This document shows, one piece after another, positions 1-13,768 of a stretch of DNA of 64,000 nt; within the stretch, counting starts at the first letter, position 1; the number at the start of each line of letters is the position of its first letter. The notes under the pieces are model-generated. The model made no database searches. It saw only the letters and a program-made list of their open reading frames with translations, and was not told where the DNA came from. The DNA comes from Octopus sinensis (taxonomy: Eukaryota), in contig NC_043006.1 of the NCBI RefSeq assembly GCF_006345805.1, forward strand, positions 26,350,001 through 26,414,000, read 5' to 3'. The translations under genes and the position numbers were made by a program.

Positions 1-410
1 ATATATATAATATACTATATATATACATTATATATATATATACATATACATATCATATATACATATATATATATAACATATAACATATATACATATATAT
101 TATATACATATATACATATATATATATACATATATACATATATAACATATATATACATATATACATATATACATATATATACATATATACATATATACAT
201 ATATATTATAACAATATATACATATATATACATATATACATATATATACATATATACATATATATATATATACATATATACATTATACATATATATACTA
301 TATATATATTACATATATATATAATATACATATATACATATATACATATATACATATACACATACATATATACATATATATATATAATATATACATACAC
401 ATACATATAT
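1..410. repeat. Compound (TA)n/(TACA)n microsatellite
   Basis: Almost only A/T/C in TA/TACATA units. Confidence 0.97.
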
Positions 411-3400
411 ACTCTTTTACTATTACTCTTTTACTTGTTTCAGCCATCAGGCTGAGGGCCATGCTGGGGCACCGCCATTGTTTGCTACCCTCTCTAAGTC
501 CAGTTTGCCGTGGCTGGCCACTGATCTAAGAGAGAGTTTGTAGCTGCTGCCCTTAGGTTACCTTCGTACCTTGCAGTGGGTTCATCTGGGATCCAGGAAA
601 GCAGATTGTCTAGATTGTTTTTTGAAAATGTCCACATCCGCATCATGTAGATCTCTTAGTTTTCTTGGCAGTTTGTTGAACAGCTGAGGGCCCCTGAACC
701 CCAGCTATTACAGTATCTGCTTCCTACCCTGGATGTGGAAGACGGGACCTTTGGCACCACACAGTGACGACCTGTACGGGGATTGGAAAGCTCTCAATTC
801 CAAAATTGGTGCTAGTCCCTCCAGGATTTTCCATATGTATATCACTGCATATCTCTCTCGTCTTCGTTCCAAGGAGTACAAATTGAGTCCCTAAGCCTCT
901 CCCAATAGTTTTTTTCTTTCATGGTGGAAATCCTCTTGGTGAAATGTCTTTGGATTGTCTCAAGCTCTGTGGTTAGTTTGACACTATGCGGTGACCACAG
1001 TTGGGAGCAGTAGTCTAGGCGGCTTAGGACAAATGTCCTCCATAGTGTCAACATGGTCTCGCAGTCTCTTGTCCGGAATGTCCTCAGGATCCAGCCAGTG
1101 AGTCGTCTGCACATTGTCGCCACCTTCGCGATGTGTGAAGAAAAAGGATGCATCGTCACTCATGTCTATCCCCAGGTCCGTATTGATTTCGATACTGGGA
1201 TTTCGATCCCTCCTGGACCAGTATAGTTGTGTTGTAATGTATATGTGTTTACAGCTTATATTGTAAGGCTTGAATTTACCAGCATTAAATTGCATGTTGT
1301 TTCTTCAGCCCATTGTATATGGCATCCAGATCTTGTTGTAAAGGTCAGCATCAGCTGGGTTTTTAATTGCCTGTGCTACTTGTGTCATCAGCATAGCTAG
1401 TGAGGATGTTGTTTGTGCTACCAAGGGCATGTCAGAGCGCCACCAAAAACAGCAAGGGTCCCAAGACTGTGCCCTGTGGACCCCGCTTGCTATTGGTGTT
1501 TTCCGAGAGGGCTCCATTGGCTGCAACCATCTGGATTCTGTCCTTCAGGAAGTCATTATCCACTCACCTACTTTTCCTGTTATGCCGAGTCTGAGTAATT
1601 TGTGACATATCACTCCGTGGTCGACTTTGTCAAAGGCCTTCGCAAAGTCGAGATATACCACATCCACCTGTGAGCGATCCAGTAGTTGTTCAGTACCCAG
1701 TCGTAGTGTTGTAAAACAGCTGTTAAGGCAGCTTCTTCCTGGGCGAAAGCCATGCTGTGTGTGTCAGTGAGACGGTTAGTTTCTTCGAGGAAGTGATCAG
1801 TTTTTTTTTCTGATTCGTTCCATGACCTTACTTATGTGTGACGTCAGGGAGACTGGCCTGTAGTTTTGGCCTCGGCCTTCTACTCCCTCTTTGTGGATAG
1901 GGCATATGGTGCCTTCTTTTAGCGCCCTGGGCAGTTTACCGTTAGCCAAGGAACCACTGAAGAGCATCTTCAGTGGTCCGCAGGGCATGCCTGCATGTTT
2001 AGGAGGGGGACTGCTGGGAATCCATCTGGTCCAGCAGCTGAGTTTATTCTCATTTCTTCTATGGCAGATATTACATCCCTCTCTGTTATGTCTATGTGGT
2101 CGATGGTTGTTGTTTGGTTTGGAGTGTTTGTGGCATCAAAGAAAACTTCTGGTTTGTGATTTGCATGTGCCCCAGAGGGGATGTGAACACACTTTATACT
2201 GTTCCTTTAGTATTTCACTTATCCCTTGGGGGGTCCTCAGTTAGAGAGCCCTTTTATCAAAGAGTGGGCCAATCTTGCAGTGTACCGAGGTGGTTTCTTT
2301 CGCAAATTTAAAGAAAGCTTTAGGGTTTGTTTTAATATTCTCTATGCCCTGGCTTCTCTCTCTGCCCTCTCCTTCTCATAGGAAAGTTTGAGTGCAGTTT
2401 CCGTTTCAAAAAGTTTCAGGTGGAGTCCCTTATTGTTTCTCTGCCGTGCATTCAGTTGCTTCGAGAGCTTAGCTTAGCTCTTCGCTCATAAGTATTTTCC
2501 TGTCTCTGGGAATAACGTTCCTATGCCCGCTGGCTTTTTTCTCCGGGACAAACTTATGGCATATGTTCTGTATTGTTGTCATGAAATGTTGGAAATGTGT
2601 GTTGGTCTCTTGTGTGGTGATGAAGTCACTCCAGTCATGTTTTCGGATCTCTTCGTTGATCTTCTTCCAGTTTGCCTTATGGAAGTTTAGACTGGATAGG
2701 CCTGTGGTATTTTCTAATGGCGCGCGTCTCAACTAACTCTCTCATACCATATATCATTACCTCTACTAAGTTGTGATCTGAGAGAATTGTAGGTGTTACC
2801 ATTATGTTGTGGATGAGCATCGGGTGCTTGTGAAACAGAGGTCCAAGACATTCTCACCTCTTGTGGGCCGAAGCACTGCTTGTTCCATGAAAAACTTGCG
2901 TGTGAGAGCCAACAAGGAATCTGTCTGTCTCTGTTCAAGTGATGTCATTCCAGGGAGAGATGGCCATCTGGCCATTTGACTTTCGGAAAGGTTAAAATCT
3001 CCCAGCAGTAGAATGGTGTTACCCTGGTCCAGTTTGTCCAGGACTTCTTCTATTCTTCTGAGGCTATCTTCAAACACTCCTTCATGACTAGGGGTGTCTG
3101 GTGGCCGCCTATGTGACACATATTACTATTTTCGGTTGTTTCATGTGTTAATCAGTGGTCACAGACTGAGTGTGAGGTGTGTCAACAGTACTATGGGTGT
3201 GACATCTTCACGGACGTACAGGGGCACCCCACCATGAGTTCTTTCCTTCCTGTCTGACCGAAAACAGTATACTTTGGTACGTGTATTTCTGCATCTGCTA
3301 TACTGCTTGACAGGTGCGTTTCAGTCAGCGCTATGCATATTGCATGGTTGCTTGTGCTTAAGTCCCTAAGGTAAGGAATTTTACTCATATTAGTGGGTTT

Positions 3401-4885
3401 CACAGACCTCTGACATTCAGCAGAAGCACTGGTGGATATTTGGGGGTGTCAATAAAGGCTGTCGGTGTGGCACCTGGGCTGGTGTCAGCAGTGGCCACCC
3501 TGCGGTCCCTTGATTGTGGTGGTCTTGAGTGCTGTTGTGAGTGCCCCTGGCTCTGAAGACGATGTATCCAGGCCAGTTGTCCCACAATTTTCTCTGCTAT
3601 TTCCACCAAAATTTCTTTGTTCTGCTGCCGCCGTCTGCATTTCCTCTGCAAATGTGCGCCTCTCCTTGTTGGGGCTTCCGTTCTTGTTCGGGTTTCGGTT
3701 CTAGCTGCATATTTTGGGGCAGCTTGAATTGTTCTGTTTGGTTTCGGTCTGGTTTGGTTAAAGCATTTGGTCGAGTGGGTTGATGCAATTTCCATAGGGC
3801 CTGGGATGAGCGAACCTCATCTTCCCCTGTTCTCCATGCCAGCAGGTTCCATTCCGGAAGAATTTGCATGTTATCTGGGTTTTCTTGTCCCCGTTCCTCT
3901 CTGTTTTTCTTCCTCCGTTGGACGGTTGTCCCTGGTTCCTTTCTGCATAGGTATTTTCATCCGGGGTGGTTATTTTCCGTTTCCCCATCGCCGCCTATCT
4001 GTTGTTTGCCCTGCTTGCCTTCTTCGACTGTGGCTGGGGGTGTGTCATTTTTTGACACTCTGTGGTGGTGTTTCCTGTTTCCATCTCTCTCTCTTTGTCT
4101 TATCCACCTTGAGGACTTGGCTTAGCAAAGCATGTGGGGTGCAATGAGAGTGTAGGCCCTTTCAACTTCTCTTTTCTTCCTCTCTACCTGCGCCAACGTC
4201 CTCATAAAGCCATGGCTTTTCAGGGTCGCCACTATGTTTTTAGTTGGTTGCGATCTGTCGGCCGAGGTCCATCCTCTGATGAAAACTTCCAGCCTACTTT
4301 CGTCCAGTTACGCTGGCTTTTGTTGACGCCAGTGTTTGCATTTACCTCTAATTTTGGCATGTTGTCCATTTCGTTTTGTAGCGGGGAGAGGAGAGAGAGA
4401 GAAGCTGTGAGGGAAAAAGGGAGAAGGGAGGAGAGAGGAGAGAGATGTGAAGGATTGTGAGGAAGGGAGGGTGAAGAGAGAGGAAAAGAAGACTGTTTTG
4501 GGGAAAGAGAGAGAGGGTGAGAGAGAGGCAGGGAAAAAGCGAGAGAGGGCGAGAGAGAGATAGAGAAAGGGGGTCTGAGGAAAGAAAAAGAAGAGATGGG
4601 AGAGGGAGGGAGTGAGAGTGCGTCGTGAGGGAAAGAGAAAGGGATAGTGAAAGGGAAGGAGAAAGGGAGAGTGAGGGGGGGAAGAGAGGTGGGGAGAGAG
4701 GGGGGGAGAGATAGTGTGATGGAACGAGCGAGAGAGAGGGGGGGAGAAAGAGGTAAGAGAAAGAGAGGGTAGTGCAGGAAAGAGAGAGAAAGATTACGAG
4801 GGAGAGATAGAGGGGCAGAGAGGCTGTGAAAGAAAGAAAGAGAGAGAAAGAGATTTTGAGAGAGGGAGAGAGTGTGAGAATGCAA
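411..4885 (-). mobile_element. Near full-length, frameshifted CR1-group LINE (pyrimidine 5' UTR, ORF1 with CCCH finger, APE, RT, 3' tail)
   Basis: Minus-strand fragments in order: ORF1 ATG ~4369; CKFFRNGTCWHGEQGKMRFAH (3758-3988); APE motifs IALTETHL, LLGDFN, PTRGENVLDLCF (2802-3403); RT NYRPVSLTSHISKVMER; C-term LSRLDYCSQLWSP..YWERLR; (AGTAAAAG)n tail at 411-435. Confidence 0.9.
4385..4885. repeat. GA-rich purine tract (CT-rich on LINE sense strand), probable LINE 5' UTR
   Basis: ~500 bp almost all G/A, ending just upstream of the LINE ORF1 ATG. Confidence 0.75.
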
Positions 4886-5329
4886 GAGAAGGAATAGCTA
4901 CAATATGTTACATATACACACATACTTACATATATAGATATAGATAAAAGTAAAAATATCCATTCATCACAGATATGTACAACCTGTAAACATCGACACT
5001 TGTTGTCACGGAATTTACCGTTCTAAATATATAACACACGCGCACGATAGCGAAAGATAAGAAAACAGTTTTAAAGGTATATCTCGCAAGATCAATTTCT
5101 CCAATACACGCGATACATATATATATATATATATACATATATATACACGCATACACACATATATCAACAGAATAATTAATCAATTAGATCGAAACCTGTA
5201 CGAAAGCACTTACATACACAGATATCTAAATTAATTAATTAGGAAAACCAATAGCACAAAAACACAAATAACCACACGACATATATATACAGCAATACAA
5301 TAAGCAAAGCAATAGTAAACAATACACAT

Positions 5330-5626
5330 ATATTACACCATATATATACATATATATATATATATATACATATACATACATAATAATATACATTACATAT
5401 TACATATATATACATATACACATATATATACATATACATATATATATATATATACATATATACAAATTCTATATACATATATACAAATATATTATATTAC
5501 ATATACATACATATATATATACATACAGATATATATATACACATATAATATATATATATAAACATATACTATACTACATATACACATATATATATATATA
5601 TATATACATATATATATAAATACATA
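5330..5626. repeat. (TA/CA)n microsatellite
   Basis: Direct inspection. Confidence 0.95.
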
Positions 5627-7780
5627 TTGTTTATTCTTTTTAATTTATCTAGTTTCAGCTCACGAGCTGTGGCCATGCTGAAGGCACGCCATTTGTGTGT
5701 GCTACATGATTTACTTCACGAATGCTTTTTAGCAATTGCCATTTGGTGCATGAGAGAGTTCGATGCAGCTGCCCTCATCTGCACCTCCTGCCGTGAAGTT
5801 GGTTCATCTGGGACACCTGACAGGAAGAGATCCAGTTTTATTTTAAAGACATCTGCATCCACCCCATGCAGGTCTCTTAGGATATTGAAGAGCTGTGGGC
5901 CTCTGAAGCCCAGGCTATCACAGTATCTTGTCCTAAATCTTGATGGCAAATTGGGAGTCCTTGGCACTATGCAGTGGCACCTAGTTCTAGTATTTGTGTA
6001 ACTCTCGATGCCAAAGTTTGGGACAAGTCCTTCCAGGATCTTCCAAATGTATATTATGGCATATCTTTCTCGCCTACGCTCTAAGGAATAGAATCTTAAT
6101 CTCTTGAGTCTTTCCCAATAGCTTATATGCTGCATAGAGGCTATCTTCGTGTAGCTTCGTTGGATCGCCTCAAGTTCTGTGATTAATTTGACACTGAATG
6201 GTGACCATAGCTGAGAGCAATAGTCAAGGTGGCTTAGGACAAGTCTCTTCCAGAGGACCATCATGGTTTCCTGGTCTCTTGTTCTAAAGGCTCTAAGAAT
6301 CCATCAGGTCAGCCACCTACATTTCATTGCCAATTTAGCAACATGCACATAAAGGTTGCATCATGACTCTTGTAAATACCCAGGTCTCGCACTGATTGTG
6401 CCTCTGGGATTGCAATCCCTCAAGGTCCAGTGTATTTATTGGGTATTGCATTTAGTTTTGCATGCTGATAGCATAAAACTTGAAAATTTTCAGCATTAAA
6501 CTGCATGCTATTCTTTTCATCCCACTTGTATATTTTGTCCAGCTCACATTGCAGGTGCGTAATGTCTTCAGGGTTCTGTATTACCTGTGAAACTTTTGTA
6601 TCATCTGCATAACTTGTGATCCTTCAGAGAGTCATGAAGCCATTCTCCCAATTTTCCAACTATGCCAAGATCACACAGTTTGTGACATATCATTCCATGA
6701 TCGACTTTATCAAAGGCCTTTGTAAAGTCGAGATATATCACTTCCACATTTGAGTGGTTGAGCAGTTGTTTCAGCACCCAGTCATAGTGTTGTAGGAGCT
6801 GAGTTAGGCAGCTTCTTCCTGGTGGGAAACCATGTTGGGCGTCAGGCAGCAAGTCATTTTCTTCAAAGAAGGCGATTAGTTTCCTTCTGACTATTCGTTC
6901 TATGACCTTGCTGATGTGTGAGGTCAGAGAGATAGGTCTGTAGTTCTTGGCCTCTGCTCTGCTACCTCCTTTATGAATAGGGCATATTTTACCTTCCTTC
7001 AGTTTCCTTGGAAGTTTGCCAGTTGCAAAGAAGCTCTGAAAGAGGAACTGCAGTGGTCTTGCTAGGACTCGCTTACATACTTTTAGAAGTATTGCTGGGA
7101 ATCCATCGGGGCCAGTAGCTGAGTTTGGGTTCGTTTCATCTATAGCCCTTATTACATCATCTTCCTTTATATTGATGTAATCAATCATCGTTGACTCTGT
7201 TTTTATATCTGCAGTAGTAAATAAGTCAGTTGGATTGCTAACTTGAAAGTGCCCTAGGGGTGAAGTGAAAATACTTTTGAATTGCTTATTTAGTATTTCA
7301 CTTATCCTCATTGGATTTCCTGTGAATGTACCATCTTTTTCAAGGAGTGGGCCTATCCTGCAGTGCACCGAAGCTGTTCCTTTGGTAAACTTGTAGAAAG
7401 CTCTGGGGTTAGATTTTATATTGTCTATAGCCCAGGCTTCTTTGTCTGCTCTTTCTTTTTCATTGGAGAGTTGCAGACTTTTTTCAATTACCAGCAGTTT
7501 TATTTTCGTGCAGGACTTTTCACTGCTTTCAATTTGTTTGTTTAGGCGATTTGAAACTTTGTACCTCATAAGAATTTTCCTCTCTCTGGGGATTGTTCTT
7601 CTGTTGTACAGTGGCCTTTCTCTCTGGGACACATTGTAGCATATGGCTTGCATTTCAGACATGAATTGTTGAAGTTTATGTCGATGTGTGTTGGTGAGGA
7701 GAGACTTTAGGCCAGTTTTGTTTGAGGATGCTCTTTCTCAATTTGTTTCCAGTTTGCCTTATGGAAGTTCAAGGTGCATA
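5627..7780 (-). mobile_element. 5'-truncated CR1-group LINE, RT region and 3' end
   Basis: ORF 6601-7662 with [51 protein letters not shown]; ORF 5716-6264 LDYCSQLWSP..YSLERRRERY; tail at 5627-5690 resembles the tail at 411-476. Confidence 0.93.
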
Positions 7781-7909
7781 GGTCTTCAGGGGGTTCTGTA
7801 TTACCTGTGAAACTTTTGTTTCCTTCTGACTATTCGTTCCATGACCATGCTGATGTGTGAAGTCAGAGAGATAGATCTGTAGTTATTGGCCTCTGTTCTG
7901 CTAACTCCT

Positions 7910-8340
7910 ATATGTATATATATATATATATTTGTGTATATATATAAATATATACGTATATGTATATATATATATGCATATATGTAAATATATATATGCA
8001 TATATGTAAATATATATATATATATGTATATAGATATACATATATACATGTATATGTAATATATATACATATATACACACACACATATATATATATAACA
8101 CATACATATATATACACATAAACACACCCATATATATACACATATATACACCCATATATATACACACATAGATATATAGAAACATACATATATATACACA
8201 TACATATGTATATACACATACAAATATATACATACATATATACACATACATATATATACATACATATATACACATACATATATATATACATACATATATA
8301 CACATACATATATATATACATACATATATACACATACATA
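7910..8340. repeat. (TA/CA)n microsatellite
   Basis: Direct inspection. Confidence 0.95.
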
Positions 8341-8655
8341 TCATCATTCATTTAGCGTCCGTTTTCCATGCTAGCATGGGTTGGACGGTTCAACTGGGGT
8401 CTGGGGAGCCCGAAGGCTACACCAGGCCAGTCAGATCTGGCAGTGTTTCTACAGCTGGATGCCCTTCCTAACGCCAACCACTCCGAGAGTGTAGTGGGTG
8501 ATTTTATGTGCCACCGACACAGGTGCCAGACGAGGCTGGCAGACGGCCACGCTCGGATGGTGTTTTTATGTGCCACCGACACAGGTGCCAGATGAGGCTG
8601 GCGAACGGCCACGATCGGATGGTGTTTGTTACGTGCCCGCAGCACGGAGGCCAGT
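8341..8655 (-). mobile_element. Orphan RTE-LINE 3' UTR/tail with 62-bp tandem units and (GAT)n end
   Basis: Reverse complement of the 3' end of the RTE element at 52780-53027; unit starts 62 bp apart (8506, 8568). Confidence 0.85.
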
Positions 8656-8673
8656 TTTGTTTTATATATATAC

Positions 8674-8710
<37 letters not shown>

Positions 8711-8774
8711 CATACATACATACATATATATACATACATACATATACATACATACATATACATATATACATATT

Positions 8775-9335
8775 GCACGAATTTTAACTGTTACTGGTGC
8801 TGTGATCGAATGTGACTTTTTAGCCCAGCCAAAGATCTACAATGTCTTGTACAGAACTGGCAACTAAAACCTTTACCGGTAATAGACGGCTGTAGTTGTA
8901 ATTGGGCTTCATGGACCCTTGCATGTCGCTTAAGTCCTGCTGCCTAAATACACTGTCTTCCACATGCCTGACAGATATGATTAGCATGGTGTCTAACACC
9001 ACCACCAGTGGCCAGGTTGTCACTCATCTGTCTCGCTTTATGACTACGAAGATGACTTTTGAGTCCAGCTTTACTGAGGCAGGGTCTTCCACTGACACTG
9101 CATGCCAGCATCATAGGAAGACCCTTCCCATCTGGAAGTGTAACAGCGATGCCCTTCCTGACATCCCTCCTTACTTTCTCATGTGCAACTCGAGATTTCT
9201 CAAAAGTGGCTGTTCCCTCGAGCACAATCCTTCTCAACCTGCTACGATCAATAGCTATGCCTTCCCATGTGTCAGGAGAGAGGCATGCATCTCTTAACGA
9301 AGCCTTCAGCAAGTCCTTATACCTCTTTTTTGATT
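8775..9335 (-). mobile_element. 3' fragment of an RTE-type LINE ORF with C-terminal C2H2-like finger
   Basis: [50 protein letters not shown] in ORF 8944-9519. Confidence 0.75.
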
Positions 9336-9366
9336 TATACATATATATATATATATAATATATATA

Positions 9367-9410
<44 letters not shown>

Positions 9411-10061
9411 ATACATATACACATACATATACAACATATACATACATATATACATATACAACCATATATATATACATACATATATATACACATACATATA
9501 TATACATATATACATACATACATTATATACATATACATACATATATATACATATACATACATATATATATACATACATATATATACATATATACACATAC
9601 ATATATATACATATACATACAATATATATACATACATATATACATATATACATACATACTATATATACATATATAACATACATACATATATATACATATA
9701 TTACATACATACATATAATACATATATACATACATATTATATACATATATACATACATATATACATATACACAATATACAACATATATACAATACACATA
9801 TACATACACATATATATAATACACACATATATAATATACACACATATATATACATACATATATAATACATATATATACAACATATATATACACACATATA
9901 TATATACATATATATACACACATATATATACACATATATATACACACATATATATACACACATATATATACACACACATATACATATATACACATATATA
10001 TACACACACATATACATATATACACACATATATACATATATATACACATATATACATATAC

Positions 10062-10092
<31 letters not shown>

Positions 10093-10590
10093 CATACATA
10101 TATATATACATACATATATATATACACACATATATATATACATACATATATATATACACACATATATATACATACATATATATATACACACATAATATAT
10201 ACACACATATATATATACACACATATATATATACATTACATATATATATACACACATATATATACACACACATATATATACATACATATATATATACACC
10301 ACATATATATACATACATATATATATACACACATATATATACATACATATATATATATACACACACATATATACATACATATATATATACACACATATAT
10401 ACATATATATATATATGTATATATATATACACATATATATATATATATACACATATATATATATACATATATATATACATATATACATACATACATATAT
10501 ACATACATATATACATACATATATATATATACATATATACATACATATATATACATATATACATACATATATATATACATATATACATAC

Positions 10591-10635
<45 letters not shown>

Positions 10636-12006
10636 TATATATATACATATATGTACATACATATATACATAAAATAAATAGATACATAGATACATATATA
10701 CATACATATACATAAAATAAATAGATACATATACATATATACATACATACACATACATATACATATACACACATACACATACACATATATATACATACAC
10801 ATACATATACACACATATATATACATACATACACATACATTTATATATATATATATACATATATCTACATATATACATACATATACATATATCTACATAT
10901 ATACATACATATACATATATCTACATATATACATACATATACATATATCTACATATATACATACATATATCTACATATATACATACATATATATACATAT
11001 ATATATACATACATATATATACATATATATATACATACATATACATATATATACATATACACATATATATACATACATATACATATATATACATATATAT
11101 ATATATACACATATATATATATACACATATATATATACATATATATACATATATATATATATACACATATATATATATATATACACATATATATATACAT
11201 ATATATACACATATATACATATATATACATATAACATATATATATATATACACATATATACTATATACACATATACACATATACACATATATATATATAC
11301 ACATATATATATATACACATATATATATATACACATATATACATATAATATATATACACATACATATATAATACACATATATATACATATATATATATAT
11401 ACATATACACATATATATATATATACATATATACACATATATATATAACACATATAGATATATATATATACATATATATATATACATATATACATATATA
11501 TATATACACATATATATATTACACATATATATACACAACATATATATACACATATATACACACACATATATATACACATATATATACACATATATATACA
11601 CATATATATACACATATATATATACATACATATACACATATATATACATACATATACACATATATATACATACATATATATACATATATATATATATACA
11701 TATACATACATATATATATATATATACATATACATACATATATATATATACATATACATACATATATATATATACATATACATACATATATATATATACA
11801 TATACATACATATATATATATACATATACACATATATATATATACATATACATACATATATATATATATACATATACACATATATATATACATATATATA
11901 CTTATATATATATACACATATATATATATATACACATATATATACTTTATATAACATACATATATATATATACATACACATATATACATACACATAATAT
12001 ATATAT

Positions 12007-12038
<32 letters not shown>

Positions 12039-12529
12039 ATTACATACATACATATATACATACATACATACATATATACATACACAATATATATACATAC
12101 ACATATATATATACATACACATATATATATATATATACACATACATATATACATACATATATATACATACATACATACATACGTACATATATACATACAT
12201 ACATATATATACATATATATATACATATATATACATATATATATATACATATATACATACATATATACATACATATATATATACACATATATATATACAC
12301 ATATATATACATATATATATACATATATATATACACATATATATATACATATATATATACATATATATATATACATATATATATACACATATATATATAT
12401 ACATATATATATACATATATACACATACATATATACACAACATAATAAACACATTACATATACATATATATATACATATATACTATATATTATATATATA
12501 TACACACATACACACACATATATACATAC

Positions 12530-12575
<46 letters not shown>

Positions 12576-12593
12576 ATATCTATATACATACAT
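9336..12593. repeat. 3.3-kb (TA)n/(TACA)n compound microsatellite
   Basis: Direct inspection; nearly G-free on + strand. Confidence 0.97.
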
Positions 12594-13768
12594 GTATTTT
12601 TGTAACAGAAAAGAGGAATTTCGATTATCCCCAAATGGTGAGTTGTAATGTATATAAGAAATAAAAAAAGAAAAATACGCACACTTACATAGTTTTAATA
12701 CAATTTTATAATATATCGACCGGTTCGCTATCGCTATTCATGATACTATGTTTTACTTATTTGATAATATATTTTTATATTGATAACGATTTCAATAATA
12801 ATATATTGATAATGATTTCAAAAGTAAGAGGAGGTAATTGGTTGTTGTTATTATTGTTATTGTTGTGGGTAAGGGAGATAACTGTTCAGCTTTTGGTAAT
12901 AGGTGGAGAATTTATGTGTACAGAAAGAGACAAGTTTCAAAAACCTTGTTCAGTAAGGGGATTTATGTACAGTGATGTAGTCGCGAATTGAAATATGTAA
13001 AAAAATAAAAGTTGGTTATGCATGCATATTAAGATGCATTTTGTATTTTTCAATGAAAAATGTTTCTTTATTTAAACGTTCTAGTTGAGAGATTGCGTCT
13101 TTGCGCTGGTAGAAAGGGAAGACTGTGAAATTTGGTTCGATGTTACCTGCACATTTTCTATATGTTCACTGAGAGGAATTTGTCTGTATTGCAGGAAACG
13201 TATTTACTCTTTATGTAGAGTGATTCTCTTTCTCAAGGTCATACCCGTTTGTCTAATATAGTGGTGTCCGCAACCTGAGTAGGTTATGATATAAATTAGG
13301 TTCTCAGAGGCACAAGTAAAACAAATTTAATAGTGAACCTCTGTCTTTGTTTAAAAAGGAAATCTGAGACTTCGAGCAGGTTGGGACAGGTTCCACAGTT
13401 TGGGCGTCAACATTTTTCAACCGTTGGTTTCATGTTTGCTTTGTAAAGCTTTGCATTTGTTAGTAGTCTCTTTAGCGATTTGTCTTGTTTTTTGCATTTG
13501 ATAAGTTTGAGTGTTTTCAGGATGTCGTTCATTTTTTGATCTCTAGTTAGTAAAGGAAGAGTTTGCACAATAGTGTTGAATGCCTCACTGTCTCTGGGGT
13601 TGTGTGTTGATATAAATAGTAATGTTTTGAGTTGAGGTGTAGTGTTATGTTTTGTTGTTCTTAGTGTTTTTGTGTCTAACTGTTTGGCACGTTTAATTCC
13701 CTCATCGATAAGTGAGGGTGGATATTGTCTTTCAATAAGTGTTGTTTTGAGGTCTTGAAGAGGCAATA
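12594..13768 (-). mobile_element. Penelope-like element, 3' part: thumb/linker, GIY-YIG endonuclease and terminal repeat region
   Basis: LQDLKTTLIERQYPPSLIDEGIKRAK..KC then RPNCGTC..FTCASENLIYIITYSGCGHHYIRQTG..LSEH..FFIEKYK on minus strand. Confidence 0.88.

Noticed and set aside
4232-4923. S/L/P/F-rich ORFs (also 20307-21042)
   Set aside because: Read-through of CT-rich low-complexity tracts
5185-5205. GATCGAAACCTGTA resembling the 3' half of a hammerhead
   Set aside because: No upstream CTGANGA box found
6601-7662. 353-aa RT ORF as an active or domesticated gene
   Set aside because: Lacks the YADD catalytic segment and is flanked by frameshifted LINE sequence
8500-8655. Regularly spaced repeats resembling a CRISPR array (also 38200-38360)
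   Set aside because: Whole 62-bp unit is repeated with no unique spacers, it is part of the RTE 3' UTR, context is eukaryotic, no cas genes
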